64,000 nucleotides of DNA, from IMG/VR virus record IMGVR_UViG_3300028393_001967; one strand, 5' to 3'. Positions 20,159-30,062 of the stretch are shown piece by piece (position 1 is the stretch's first letter; each line of letters starts with the position of its first letter). The notes under the pieces are model-generated. The model was not told the DNA's origin. It saw only the letters and a program-made list of their open reading frames with translations, and did not search any database. Made by a program: the position numbers and the translations under genes. Origin of the DNA: a virus.

Positions 20159-20608
20159 ATGAAAAAAATCGCAATTGCATCTTTATTGGCTTTGGCCGCA
20201 ATTTCTGCTTCAGCAGTTGAAGTTGGTGTAACAGCCGCTCGTGACTACGCAGGCGCAGATCGTGATGCTTATGGTATCACCCTTGGACAAACTTTTGGTA
20301 AAGTTGGCGTAACTACTAGCTTTGACCGTGCTACTAAAGGCGCAAACAACCAAGACCGTTACACAGTAGTTGGCAGTTATGATGTTGCCAAGGTTGGTCC
20401 TGCTACTGTTGCTGTTAAGGCTGGCGGTGCATACTTGAACAACCAAACTAGTGCAGACGGCTACGCATTGCTAGTTGGTGCAGGTGTTAGCGTTCCAGTT
20501 GCTAGTAAAGTTAGCCTTGGCTTAGACTATACTCGTCAGTATGGTCAAGATCGTGTACAAGCACAAGACGGCAATCGTTTGACCGCCAGTGTTAAGTACG
20601 CATTCTAA
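20159..20608 (+). CDS. Small outer-membrane beta-barrel protein (OmpA/Ail/Lom-like)
   Basis: Sec signal peptide (MKKIAIASLLALAAISASA), alternating beta-strands, C-terminal Y-x-F. Confidence 0.8.
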   Translation: MKKIAIASLLALAAISASAVEVGVTAARDYAGADRDAYGITLGQTFGKVGVTTSFDRATKGANNQDRYTVVGSYDVAKVGPATVAVKAGGAYLNNQTSADGYALLVGAGVSVPVASKVSLGLDYTRQYGQDRVQAQDGNRLTASVKYAF

Positions 20609-20628
20609 TCATTTAGGATGATTCAAAG

Positions 20629-20652
20629 AAGGCTACTTGAGTGGCCTTTTTT
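20629..20652 (+). terminator. Intrinsic terminator
   Basis: AAGGCTAC-ttga-GTGGCCTT followed by T-tract. Confidence 0.75.
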
Positions 20653-20691
20653 GTTGACTACATTACTAGTCAATGCTATAATATCAGTAAT

Positions 20692-20856
20692 ATGAGTAAT
20701 CACTTAGACTTAGAAACACGAACTTATACTGTAAACCTAAATGGTAATACAGTTCAATTTACCTTATACGGTGAAGAAGATGATTTGAATACATTGGATA
20801 TGTTTATTACATTTTTAATGCAAGCCGCAAGAGACAACTTAGGAGACGATGAATGA
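20692..20856 (+). CDS. Small hypothetical protein
   Basis: Follows TTGACT-17-TATAAT promoter (20654-20682). Confidence 0.55.
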   Translation: MSNHLDLETRTYTVNLNGNTVQFTLYGEEDDLNTLDMFITFLMQAARDNLGDDE

Positions 20857-21242
20857 CAATGCATTTATGTGGCCCGGCACTTACTACAACTGGTAAAAAG
20901 AAGGGCAAGGTAAAATTTCGTAATGCAGATGAAGCTCGTAAGGCTCGAGAGCTTGACGCTAGTTGGAAAGAACTACAAAAGAAATGGGGTGTCGAAGAAG
21001 AAGCACGTAAACGTAAACGAGCATTATCGGCTGAAACACTAGTATATGGGCTCGGTACTCCAGTTGGAAGAACTAATACACACCACATCCCCAGTCGAGA
21101 TACTGGTGGGGTGGCAATATCAGCACCTACTAAAGTTTATACTGGTACTAAGGTAAAAGGCATTGCCACTATGCACAAGAGTAATGCTGTGCCAGTGTTT
21201 AGTGATGAAGAAGCAATTGATATTTCCAAGATGCGCCGCTAA
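20853..21242 (+). CDS. Hypothetical basic protein
   Basis: GIATMHKSNAVPVF motif. Confidence 0.65.
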   Translation: MTMHLCGPALTTTGKKKGKVKFRNADEARKARELDASWKELQKKWGVEEEARKRKRALSAETLVYGLGTPVGRTNTHHIPSRDTGGVAISAPTKVYTGTKVKGIATMHKSNAVPVFSDEEAIDISKMRR

Positions 21243-21258
21243 ACATAATAAATACCTT

Positions 21259-22290
21259 ATGAAACCAACATTAAATGATAAACTCATTGCCTATATAACA
21301 CTGCTCAGTGGATTGGCACTTTCGATTGTAGCTGAATATTATAGTATTGCGGGGTTAACTGCCATATTTGCGGCTGCTGTAATTCCCACAATTATTATGG
21401 GCATCACCCTGGGACTTGGTAAAATTGTTGCCACAGTTTGGGTTAAACAAAATTGGAAAACTGCTCCTTGGACAATTAAAAGCTATCTATGTATAGCAAT
21501 CGTATTGCTAATGCTGATTACCAGTATGGGAACATTTGGTTTCCTAAGCAAAGCACACAGTGATCAAACATTAGTGAGTGGTGACGTACAAAGTAAGGTA
21601 GCAGTATATGACGAGAAAATTAAAACAGCCCGTGAAAATGTTGAAGCCAACCGTAAACAACTTAAACAAATGGATGAGGCTGTTGACCAAATCATGGGTC
21701 GAAGTACAGATGAAAAGGGTGCGGACAAAGCAAATGCTGTGCGTAAATCACAACAACGCGATCGTGCAAATCTTGCCAAAGACATCGAAGCCAACCAGAA
21801 GCTTATTAGTGATCTTAATGACGAAGCCGCGCCAATTCGTGCAGAAATACGAAAAGTTGAAGCAGAAGTAGGCCCAGTCAAATATTTGGCAGCATTTGTC
21901 TATGGCAATACAGATCCCGATGTATTAGAACGTTCAGTAACTTGGATTATCGTACTAATCATATTTGTATTTGATCCACTAGCATTAATGTTGCTTATTG
22001 CCAGTCAAATTAGTTTCCAACAAATTAAAAAAGCCAGTGGTGGTGTTATTATAGACCAGGACGGTACCATCATTGGATTAAAGGGCACGGAGGGTGACAG
22101 CCCTAGAGGGACCAAAGAAGTCGTAGACCCAAAGCCGCCTACTGTCACAACACCTGTACCAATTGTACCCACTGCAGAAAGTAGGATTGTTCGAACAAAG
22201 GTGTTTCCTAAACCTACCATAGAAGGATATGTTCAAAACGAAGAACAGTCGACAAGCAATTTATGGAAAAAAGTAACTGGTAAAAATTAA
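21259..22290 (+). CDS. Multi-TM plus coiled-coil membrane protein
   Basis: Three N-terminal TM helices, coiled coil, TM with FDPLA. Confidence 0.65.
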   Translation: MKPTLNDKLIAYITLLSGLALSIVAEYYSIAGLTAIFAAAVIPTIIMGITLGLGKIVATVWVKQNWKTAPWTIKSYLCIAIVLLMLITSMGTFGFLSKAHSDQTLVSGDVQSKVAVYDEKIKTARENVEANRKQLKQMDEAVDQIMGRSTDEKGADKANAVRKSQQRDRANLAKDIEANQKLISDLNDEAAPIRAEIRKVEAEVGPVKYLAAFVYGNTDPDVLERSVTWIIVLIIFVFDPLALMLLIASQISFQQIKKASGGVIIDQDGTIIGLKGTEGDSPRGTKEVVDPKPPTVTTPVPIVPTAESRIVRTKVFPKPTIEGYVQNEEQSTSNLWKKVTGKN

Positions 22291-22685
22291 TGCAAGGTAA
22301 ATTAACACTAATAACGCCGCCCGATATATACGAGAATAGCAATTTAAGTATTTTTTTTATACATTTAACAGACGAAGAACAAGACGCAGTAAGTCAATGG
22401 TTTTTCAATAATAATATTCCTGGTGATATAAACTTGTATTTGTATAATGGGGAATCAAATGTGTCCTGGTTTTTATACGCACTTGGTCGTAGCGACTATA
22501 AGTATATTAACATAGATTGTGTAAATTATATTACACAATCACTAGCAGGTTACGTATTAGGCAAAGGTGACACTTATTATAAAACCAGTGATGCAAATAT
22601 TGCTGAAGTATATAGTCATATCAATTCCAAATCCGTAACTAATGTTGAACAGTTTTTAGAAAGCATACTAAGTGAGCAAAAATAA
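22290..22685 (+). CDS. Hypothetical protein
   Basis: Operon ORF. Confidence 0.6.
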   Translation: MQGKLTLITPPDIYENSNLSIFFIHLTDEEQDAVSQWFFNNNIPGDINLYLYNGESNVSWFLYALGRSDYKYINIDCVNYITQSLAGYVLGKGDTYYKTSDANIAEVYSHINSKSVTNVEQFLESILSEQK

Positions 22686-23907
22686 CATATCCAACCAGTG
22701 CTGCGATTTCTGTGGCAAAAGTAAAGAAGATGTTGAAAAATTAATAGTGGGTGATCAAGCCGCCATTTGTAATGACTGTATCACACTCTGTGTAGATATA
22801 TTAGATGATGAAAAATTCAAAAAAGTATCTGATTCAACCAATAAATTAAATCCATCTGCTATCAAAGATTATTTGGACGAATATGTTATTGGACAGGAAG
22901 ATGCTAAAATTAGTTTAAGTGTTGCTGTTAGTCAACATTTTAAACGAATCAATAACCCCAGTAAAGATATTCAATTAGAAAAGACTAATATGTTATTATT
23001 AGGCCCCACTGGCTGTGGCAAAACTATGATGGTACGTAAGATTGCGGAATATTTAGATTTGCCTTTTGCCATTTGTGATGCTACTGGCATTACAGAAGCC
23101 GGATATGTAGGTGATGATGTAGAAAGTATTTTATTACGCCTACTTAATGCCGCAGATGGCGATCTTGAAAAAGCACAATGTGGCATTGTCTACATTGATG
23201 AAATTGACAAGATTGCACGTAAAGGTGAAAGCACTAGTATTAGCCGAGACGTCAGCGGAGAAGGTGTACAGCAGGCACTGCTAAAAATGATTGAGGGTAG
23301 CGTAATGCGAGTGCCCTATAGTGGAAAGAGAAAACATCCTGGCAGTGATATGCAGGAAGTAGACACCCGCGGCATACTATTCATTTGTGGCGGTGCATTT
23401 GTGGGAATGGACAAAATAGTTGAAAAACGATTGAACCATCGCAGTGTTGGGTTTCACAGTACTCTCAAAAAGAAAGACGAAATAACAGATCTTTACAGTT
23501 TAGTATCAACTAAAGATATTATTCAGTTTGGTTTTATTCCCGAATTTATTGGTCGATTTGGCCTTATTGCCAATGTTACTGAATTAGCTGTGGAAGATTT
23601 GGTACGGGTTCTTAAAGAGCCTAAAAACAGTTTGATTCGTCAGTATCAATACATTTTTGAATTAGATGGTATTGAATTAATATTTGAAGATACTGCATTA
23701 ACACATATTGCAGAACGCGCCAAGGAACTCAAAACTAACGCTCGCGGACTCAAAAATATTATTGAAAAAACATTACTTCCATATCAATTTGATGCTATGA
23801 ATTTAGTATCACGCGGTCTTAATCAAATTAGGATAACTAAAGATACTATAGCTGGGAATAGTCCAGCTATAATGATTTTTGATAAAACCGTAAATGAGAA
23901 AAAATAA
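22672..23907 (+). CDS. clpX: ATP-dependent Clp protease ATP-binding subunit ClpX
   Basis: C4 zinc finger, [12 protein letters not shown] pore loop, [27 protein letters not shown] loop. Confidence 0.95.
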   Translation: MSKNNISNQCCDFCGKSKEDVEKLIVGDQAAICNDCITLCVDILDDEKFKKVSDSTNKLNPSAIKDYLDEYVIGQEDAKISLSVAVSQHFKRINNPSKDIQLEKTNMLLLGPTGCGKTMMVRKIAEYLDLPFAICDATGITEAGYVGDDVESILLRLLNAADGDLEKAQCGIVYIDEIDKIARKGESTSISRDVSGEGVQQALLKMIEGSVMRVPYSGKRKHPGSDMQEVDTRGILFICGGAFVGMDKIVEKRLNHRSVGFHSTLKKKDEITDLYSLVSTKDIIQFGFIPEFIGRFGLIANVTELAVEDLVRVLKEPKNSLIRQYQYIFELDGIELIFEDTALTHIAERAKELKTNARGLKNIIEKTLLPYQFDAMNLVSRGLNQIRITKDTIAGNSPAIMIFDKTVNEKK

Positions 23908-24127
23908 AATATTCAAAGGAAATTCTGTTTTAGTAGGTGATATGCCACTTAATGTGGCCTTGCGCAAATTTAAACAAAAAGTTGACGATAGTGGTAAACT
24001 AGAAGATGTTAAAAAACATATGTTCTTTGAAAAACCAACCACTACTAGAAAGCGCAAGAAGGGCGCAGCTGCCGCCCGCTGGAAAAAGAAACTCCAAGAA
24101 CAACAATTACCCAAAAAACTGTATTGA
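23894..24127 (+). CDS. rpsU: Ribosomal protein bS21
   Basis: ALRKFKQKV..SG.L...K...FFEKPTT.RKRKK.AA..R. Confidence 0.9.
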   Translation: MRKNKIFKGNSVLVGDMPLNVALRKFKQKVDDSGKLEDVKKHMFFEKPTTTRKRKKGAAAARWKKKLQEQQLPKKLY

Positions 24128-24174
24128 CAACAATTCTTTTATATGCTATAATATAGTTTTATAGGAAGAATAAT

Positions 24175-24699
24175 ATGTCAAAAGCATTGATGGTGGACTT
24201 GGAAACAATGGCCACTGGTCCAAACGCAACTGTACTAACACTAGGTGCAGTACATTTTAATCCCTACGGAAATGGCTATGGTGACAAGATTTATTTCCGT
24301 ATCAATATTGATGAACAAGAAGGTCGGGATATAGATCCAGTTACACTTGAATGGTGGAGCAAGCAAGATCCTGCCATTATGGAAGAAGCGTTTAGTCCAG
24401 ATGACCGTGTTCCACTGATTGAAGCAGTCGATCGTTTCCATAAATTTGCTTGGGGATGTTCAACATTTTGGAGTCACGGCGCAACATTCGACTTGGTGAT
24501 ATTAGAAAACTTGTACCGCCAAGTTGGTAAGCCACTTCCTTGGAACTTTTGGCAACTACGCGATACCCGCACATTGTTTGATTTGGGACTTGATCCTGAT
24601 ATGCCACAAGGTGGAAAACACGATGCATTGCAGGATGCTATTCGACAGGCAGTGGGTGTGCAAAACATTTACGCTAAACTTGGAATTAAAGAACGATGA
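24175..24699 (+). CDS. DEDDh 3'-5' exonuclease
   Basis: MVDLET, HGATFD, RDTRT, HDALQDA; TTGACA-17-TATAAT promoter upstream. Confidence 0.85.
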   Translation: MSKALMVDLETMATGPNATVLTLGAVHFNPYGNGYGDKIYFRINIDEQEGRDIDPVTLEWWSKQDPAIMEEAFSPDDRVPLIEAVDRFHKFAWGCSTFWSHGATFDLVILENLYRQVGKPLPWNFWQLRDTRTLFDLGLDPDMPQGGKHDALQDAIRQAVGVQNIYAKLGIKER

Positions 24700-24968
24700 T
24701 CTATCTTAGTTTTGGATTAAGTAATCCCTGGGGTAAGCCCTTTGCTAACTTGTGGAATAGGTCAGGAATGATCACTAAACATAAAGCGTGGGAAGCAGAA
24801 CTGTTACGAACTCGAGAACTGGTCGGATTTCATTTTAGTTACACTGCACGGCAAAGCCACGCCGGCCTAAATTTAGAACTAGGATTATTTGGCTATAGTA
24901 TATCGTTTCAAATTTATGATACACGGCATTGGGATCACAACACAAACACTTGGGAAGCATATGATTGA
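24696..24968 (+). CDS. Hypothetical protein
   Basis: Coupled ORF. Confidence 0.55.
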   Translation: MIYLSFGLSNPWGKPFANLWNRSGMITKHKAWEAELLRTRELVGFHFSYTARQSHAGLNLELGLFGYSISFQIYDTRHWDHNTNTWEAYD

Positions 24969-25356
24969 TTGTTTAATTTTAGGTGATAGTATTGCAGTAG
25001 GCACACATCAGTTTAAACCTGAATGTGCGGCCTACGCTCGTGGTGGATGGAATACTTGGCAATGGAACAAAGATTATCTAAAGAATGATCTAACTGCTAA
25101 TACTGTGATTATCAGTTTAGGCAGCAATGACCATAAGGGTGTTAAAACTCGTCAGGAGTTGGAAACTATGAGGGCAAAAGTTAAAGGCAGCAGAGTGTTT
25201 TGGATCTTGCCTGCTATCAAACCCAATATTCAAGATATTGTGCGAGAGATTGCTGCCGAGCACGGAGATACTGTATTACCAATTTCTCGTTTACAACCAG
25301 ATGGCGTTCACCCTAGTTGGGCTGGATATAAAGATATTGCAGAAAGGACAAAGTAA
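24961..25356 (+). CDS. SGNH/GDSL hydrolase-like protein
   Basis: GDS, LGSND, DGVHP. Confidence 0.8.
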   Translation: MIDCLILGDSIAVGTHQFKPECAAYARGGWNTWQWNKDYLKNDLTANTVIISLGSNDHKGVKTRQELETMRAKVKGSRVFWILPAIKPNIQDIVREIAAEHGDTVLPISRLQPDGVHPSWAGYKDIAERTK

Positions 25357-25604
25357 TGGCAAGCCAAACTGATTATTTTAACAAGATAGGTTACCAACCA
25401 AAATACTGGATTGGTGATCGTGTATTTGGCAAGTGGAACAAGATTCCATTTATAGGTACTGTGGGTAATGATACGATAATTAACGAAATAGAAGGTCCTA
25501 GGATTTCAATCCACTTGGATCTGCCAATCAAGTTTAAAGATGCTATTCATAATATCATCATTGTCAAACACAAAGATATTAAGAAACTAACTGTTATTGA
25601 TTAA
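25356..25604 (+). CDS. Hypothetical protein
   Basis: Coupled ORF. Confidence 0.6.
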   Translation: MASQTDYFNKIGYQPKYWIGDRVFGKWNKIPFIGTVGNDTIINEIEGPRISIHLDLPIKFKDAIHNIIIVKHKDIKKLTVID

Positions 25605-25605
25605 G

Positions 25606-26025
25606 TTATTTGAACCAACCTAGTTTTTCACCAGCGGCTTTTCTGCGTTCTGCTTCTTCTTTACTGCCTGGCAAGCGACTTGCCCATAGTATAATAAGTG
25701 CAAAAAATATGCCTAATCCTAGGCATAGTCGCCAATTACCGGTACGCCAGTAAATTAGAATCAAACTAAAGTCCATACTAGCAAACATTGCCCACTTGGC
25801 AAGTGTGGGGAACACACGACCTTCTCCCCAGTTCTTAATAAAGGGACCGAAAAGTTTATGGTTCAACATATAATCGTGAAACTTTTTACTGCTTTTGCTA
25901 AAGCACCAAGTGGCTAAAAGCGCAGGTGTACTCCAAGGCAATCCTGGAACAAAAGTTCCTAAGTAGGCAATACCTAAAAATACAATTCCGAGGCTAAACC
26001 AAAGTGCTTTTTTAATCTTATTCAT
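25606..26025 (-). CDS. YbaN/DUF454 family inner-membrane protein
   Basis: G..G..PGLP.TP.LLA.WCF.KSS.+FH..+LNH.LFGP.I..W. Confidence 0.8.
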   Translation of the reverse strand: MNKIKKALWFSLGIVFLGIAYLGTFVPGLPWSTPALLATWCFSKSSKKFHDYMLNHKLFGPFIKNWGEGRVFPTLAKWAMFASMDFSLILIYWRTGNWRLCLGLGIFFALIILWASRLPGSKEEAERRKAAGEKLGWFK

Positions 26026-26308
26026 CGTCATCCTTTATGTGGTCTGCTTTTGGACCTACTGTTTTCATTTTTTCAAAATACGCTACTTTACTCTGCTCCA
26101 ATGCATCTAAGTCAACGGGAACATTTCTTATTTCTTGTAATATAGGATGTAGCAACTTGTTCATGAAACTTCGAGAAAATGCTTCTAAAACTTGATCAAT
26201 ATCTTCGCCCCGGGCTATTCGCTTATGCGCTTTTTTGATTTCTTCAGCGTGTGCTTGTTCAACCCATTCTGAGTATTGATCTTTGGATTCCATTCTATAT
26301 TGTAGCAT
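26018..26308 (-). CDS. Stand-alone glutamyl-tRNA reductase (HemA) dimerisation-domain-like protein
   Basis: EEIKKAHKRIARGEDIDQVLEAFSRSFMNKLLHP resembles the HemA C-terminal E..KA...L..G.D...VL..L...L.NKLLH.P. Confidence 0.65.
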   Translation of the reverse strand: MLQYRMESKDQYSEWVEQAHAEEIKKAHKRIARGEDIDQVLEAFSRSFMNKLLHPILQEIRNVPVDLDALEQSKVAYFEKMKTVGPKADHIKDDDE

Positions 26309-26363
26309 ACTATTTACAGGAAATCAACTTGACTTTTTGTTATCGTGGGTGTATAATATGGGT

Positions 26364-26624
26364 ATGAAACTTAACAAAATTGATGGAAGAATGAATGGAC
26401 ACGGTGTGTTCAAACACTATGTCAATCTCACATCTGCACAGAAATTTTCTGATATTCGTAAATGGTGTTGGGAACAGTTTGGTCCAAGCGACGATTTAGA
26501 ATTCTTTTATAAACTTACAGATCCCAACATCAAGTGGAGTTGGGTCAATGACAAATATACAATGAGAATTTATTTGGCCTCAGACGCAGAAGCACAGTGG
26601 TTCTTATTGAAATGGGGCTCTTGA
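26364..26624 (+). CDS. Small protein of the FxL(R/K)W family
   Basis: Ends AQWFLLKWGS; promoter TTGACT-17-TATAAT at 26329-26357. Confidence 0.6.
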   Translation: MKLNKIDGRMNGHGVFKHYVNLTSAQKFSDIRKWCWEQFGPSDDLEFFYKLTDPNIKWSWVNDKYTMRIYLASDAEAQWFLLKWGS

Positions 26625-26654
26625 CAAACAGTCAAATTTATTGTATAATGCACT

Positions 26655-27005
26655 ATGACAACAAATGCTTTTATTTTTTCGTGGGACCAATTGGGTATCG
26701 AATCAATCGTGCCAATTAGTCAGTACGAACTTCACGAAAAACAGCAACTTATCAATATACTGAGTGAGAAACGTACACAAAAAAATCCCTTGGATGGAAT
26801 TTTGAGAAGTTTGATGTTGCGGGCCAGATTTAATCCGCAACGGCATTATGAAATCTATGCCATTGATTGTGATGCTAGTTTGGACGAAGCATTTTGGCGT
26901 GAACAGTGGGAAGAGTATCCACAAGAAACTGCGGAACTGATTAGGGACCGTGGACACAAATTATACAGTGACAGAGCAAGTGCAGATAGGATAAAGATAA
27001 TATGA
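26655..27005 (+). CDS. Hypothetical early protein
   Basis: TTGACA-17-TATAAT (26621-26649) 5 nt upstream. Confidence 0.65.
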   Translation: MTTNAFIFSWDQLGIESIVPISQYELHEKQQLINILSEKRTQKNPLDGILRSLMLRARFNPQRHYEIYAIDCDASLDEAFWREQWEEYPQETAELIRDRGHKLYSDRASADRIKII

Positions 27006-27814
27006 AAATCAGTTTAGTAAGTGATCTCCATCTTGAGTTTGGCCCTCAAGAAATGGAAGGTGGCGATGTACTAATCCTTGCTGGCGATATGTGCGAGGCA
27101 CGTACACTAATCAAACAATTCCACAGTACTAAGGTTCTGCCTTATACTCCTGGAAAGTTGAGTGCCTATGATTTCTTCTACCATGAATGCGCCAAGTACA
27201 AGAAAGTGTTTATGGTAATGGGCAATCACGAACATTATCACGGACGCTTTGATAAGACTTATGACGAACTCAAACGAGTGTTGCCTGACAATATTACCTT
27301 GTTGGAAAACGAAGTGGTGGAATACGAAGGTGTTATGTTCTTGGGTGCCACATTGTGGACAGACTTAAACAAAGGCGATCCCATTACTGTGCAGTCGATG
27401 AAGCAATTTATGAACGACTACCGAACTGTTCAAAATCATTACCCCGATAAGGGCTTGTACCACAAGTTAACTCCTTACGATACTGTGGAAGCACATCGTA
27501 AAAGTAAGCAGTACTTTCTGTCTACAGTAGAAGAACACAAAGACAAGACTTTTGTGGTTATTACACATATGGCTCCTAGTTTTGCCAGTGTGAACGAAAA
27601 ATACATTCGAGATACTGTTATGAACGGTGGGTATGCAAGTGAAATGAGTGAATTTATTCTTGATCACGAAAACATCAAAGTTTGGGTACACGGTCATATG
27701 CACGATCCCGCTGATTATATGATTGGTGAAACACGTATTCTAACTAACCCTCGTGGTTATGTTGGACACGAAGATACTAGTGGTTTTGATCCTGACTTAA
27801 CTTTTGAGGTATAA
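27002..27814 (+). CDS. Calcineurin-like metallophosphoesterase
   Basis: SDLH, AGD, GNHE, TH, HGHMH. Confidence 0.9.
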   Translation: MKISLVSDLHLEFGPQEMEGGDVLILAGDMCEARTLIKQFHSTKVLPYTPGKLSAYDFFYHECAKYKKVFMVMGNHEHYHGRFDKTYDELKRVLPDNITLLENEVVEYEGVMFLGATLWTDLNKGDPITVQSMKQFMNDYRTVQNHYPDKGLYHKLTPYDTVEAHRKSKQYFLSTVEEHKDKTFVVITHMAPSFASVNEKYIRDTVMNGGYASEMSEFILDHENIKVWVHGHMHDPADYMIGETRILTNPRGYVGHEDTSGFDPDLTFEV

Positions 27815-27815
27815 G

Positions 27816-28070
27816 ATGGCTAGTACAGTACGCATACCTTGGAAGCGTGAGTTTGACAATGAACAAATGTGGAATGAAGTCTGTGCCTGGGCAATCGAAT
27901 ATTTCGGCCTGCCTGGGGACAGATTTCAAACGCACGCCAATGTTAATTATATGGACTTTGTTTTTAAAAGCAACAAGGATGCATTGGTTATGGCATTGAT
28001 GTGGAATGCAGAAATTGTGCCCGACAATGATCTCACTGTGGAATATGTTGGCGGTCTGATCAATGTTTAA
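27816..28070 (+). CDS. Small FxL(R/K)W-family protein
   Basis: FKSNKDALVMALMW. Confidence 0.6.
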   Translation: MASTVRIPWKREFDNEQMWNEVCAWAIEYFGLPGDRFQTHANVNYMDFVFKSNKDALVMALMWNAEIVPDNDLTVEYVGGLINV

Positions 28071-28356
28071 GAAACGTGCTATGGCCGAGTCTAGATGGGT
28101 TGGCGACAGTATTACTAGTTATACACCAGTTAAACATTTTGAAACTGGGTATGCTGAGAAACAACCTGATTGGCCCTATTGGGTACAGCCTTTTAACTAT
28201 GATAAGTTTGAATGGGCTGATATGGACAAGTGGATATGTCAAACAATGGGAGATACTGACTGGTCAACGCCTGATGGTCGATGGGTAGGCAGTGATAGAA
28301 AATATTGGTTCCGTAATGAAGAAGATCGCACTATGTTTATTTTGAGGTGGTCATGA
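28063..28356 (+). CDS. Small FxL(R/K)WS-family protein
   Basis: Ends FRNEEDRTMFILRWS. Confidence 0.7.
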   Translation: MFKKRAMAESRWVGDSITSYTPVKHFETGYAEKQPDWPYWVQPFNYDKFEWADMDKWICQTMGDTDWSTPDGRWVGSDRKYWFRNEEDRTMFILRWS

Positions 28357-28556
28357 ATTTGGACATCCATTATAGTGAAAAATATAAAGAATATTCTATA
28401 TTCTGGAATCAAGATGACGAGTTGCACAATAGTGAAATTGAAAACTGGTGTAATCAAACTTTTGGAAATTTTTGGGAAAACGGGATTGAAGATCTAAATT
28501 ATATTAGATTAACATCTGCCAAAGATGCTACAATGTTTATTTTGAGGTGGTCATGA
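28353..28556 (+). CDS. Small FxL(R/K)WS-family protein
   Basis: ATGA-coupled; ends DATMFILRWS. Confidence 0.7.
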   Translation: MNLDIHYSEKYKEYSIFWNQDDELHNSEIENWCNQTFGNFWENGIEDLNYIRLTSAKDATMFILRWS

Positions 28557-28813
28557 AGATTACAGGATACACGTGGGAAGAGCAAGCCGCACAACATTTG
28601 GCTGATGAAATTGATCGAGAAGTATTTTGGGGACTGCTCAAAGATTGTGGATGGCATCGTGTTATGCTTGATCGGTTACAGGATAATAAACACGCTATAG
28701 ATATCACACTATGGCTAGAAGAAAACGTAAGAAACCCTTATGAACGCAATGGTCGAGATTTTATATTTTCAGCAGAACGAGATGCTGTATTGTTTATTTT
28801 GAAATGGAGTTAA
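28553..28813 (+). CDS. Small FxL(R/K)WS-family protein
   Basis: ATGA-coupled; ends DAVLFILKWS. Confidence 0.7.
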   Translation: MKITGYTWEEQAAQHLADEIDREVFWGLLKDCGWHRVMLDRLQDNKHAIDITLWLEENVRNPYERNGRDFIFSAERDAVLFILKWS

Positions 28814-28818
28814 TTAAA

Positions 28819-29115
28819 ATGGCAACTATGATTAACACTGGACCTGGCATTTCCAGTATTATTGGCGGTTTAAACTTTGGATCTGAACACGAACTACGTC
28901 CTATGAAAACTGGCAAGGCCAGTGGTTGGGGTATGGAGTATAGTTGGGTTGAAATTGCCAGAACTGAAAATACACCCGTAGACATTAATGAACAAGCGCA
29001 GGATTGGTGTAAGCAAATGTTTGGTACTTCATCTGTTCGTTGGTTTGAAAAGAAAGATAAATTCTATTTTAAAAGTGAAAAAGACCTAACACTGTTTCTA
29101 TTAAAGTGGTCTTAA
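28819..29115 (+). CDS. Small FxL(R/K)WS-family protein
   Basis: Ends DLTLFLLKWS. Confidence 0.7.
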   Translation: MATMINTGPGISSIIGGLNFGSEHELRPMKTGKASGWGMEYSWVEIARTENTPVDINEQAQDWCKQMFGTSSVRWFEKKDKFYFKSEKDLTLFLLKWS

Positions 29116-29116
29116 T

Positions 29117-29326
29117 ATGAGAGTACTTAAAAAATCGTTGTGGCCCCATTGTATCAAACTGGATGTGTTAGAACCTGGGGATGATATGTATGATATAGAA
29201 ATTTGGCTTGGTGAAACAATGGGTTCTTTTAAGGATCGTTGGAACGCAGTTTACAAGCACAACGGAACTGATTTTTATTTTCGTCAAGGGCAGGATGCAA
29301 CACTATTTGCATTGAAATGGTCATGA
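29117..29326 (+). CDS. Small FxL(R/K)WS-family protein
   Basis: Ends DATLFALKWS. Confidence 0.7.
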   Translation: MRVLKKSLWPHCIKLDVLEPGDDMYDIEIWLGETMGSFKDRWNAVYKHNGTDFYFRQGQDATLFALKWS

Positions 29327-29592
29327 CCGGTAAACTACGCCGCGCAAGCCCAAATGCTGTAATGCCTCCACATAAAGCCGTCATCATTGGCAATTTTGAA
29401 AAGATGGACTCTGCCCTAGTTGACGGAGACTTGTGGTATAAGGTACAAGTTATTCCAAAAGTTACTCGTTGGGTTAAAGAACAAAATAAAGATCTATGGT
29501 ATGATCATAGAACACCAAATAATTATAAAGTCTTGGATACTTTTGATGTACACGAAAAACTATACACAATGATGGCAGTGAGGTGGTCGTGA
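29323..29592 (+). CDS. Small protein, divergent xRWS-family member
   Basis: Ends LYTMMAVRWS. Confidence 0.65.
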   Translation: MTGKLRRASPNAVMPPHKAVIIGNFEKMDSALVDGDLWYKVQVIPKVTRWVKEQNKDLWYDHRTPNNYKVLDTFDVHEKLYTMMAVRWS

Positions 29593-29810
29593 AAGATTAT
29601 ACAGACTATATGGTACTGCCCTGCGGCGGTGTTGCCTACTATGATGAGCCCGTACACGGTATGAATTATTTCTGTGCTCAATGCGGCACATCAGTTGGCA
29701 GTGTAGGTATGCCCCGAGCGTGTAAACGTGAGATGGACAAGTGGGACCTAATCAAACTACTTGGCGGGAAAGGATGGGATTACTTTGCAGAACCTGATGA
29801 ATTCTTCTGA
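29589..29810 (+). CDS. Small Cys-containing protein
   Basis: GTGA-coupled; LPCGG, CAQCG. Confidence 0.6.
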   Translation: MKDYTDYMVLPCGGVAYYDEPVHGMNYFCAQCGTSVGSVGMPRACKREMDKWDLIKLLGGKGWDYFAEPDEFF

Positions 29811-29843
29811 TACAGATGCAACTTTGTTTTTGATGAGGTGGCC

Positions 29844-30059
29844 ATGATTGAAGTTAAACTCGCCAACAGGACGGTTGATGCTGTAATGACCATTGTTCGA
29901 GAACTTAGGGCTAAGGGACTAGTACAAGGTATAGATTTTGATTTTGCGTATCATCAAAGTAAATGGGACAATATGATTGGCCATAATCCAACATACTCTA
30001 TTTTCACATTTTACGAAGATAAAACTGCATTATTTTTCATTCTCAAGTACAGTAAATAA
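29844..30059 (+). CDS. Small FxLK(W/Y)-family protein
   Basis: Ends TALFFILKYSK. Confidence 0.65.
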   Translation: MIEVKLANRTVDAVMTIVRELRAKGLVQGIDFDFAYHQSKWDNMIGHNPTYSIFTFYEDKTALFFILKYSK

Positions 30060-30062
30060 CGT

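Noticed and set aside
28333-28557. Identical 25-mers 200 bp apart as a CRISPR array
   Set aside because: The intervening sequences are whole genes and the repeat is coding; treated as a gene-cassette junction instead.
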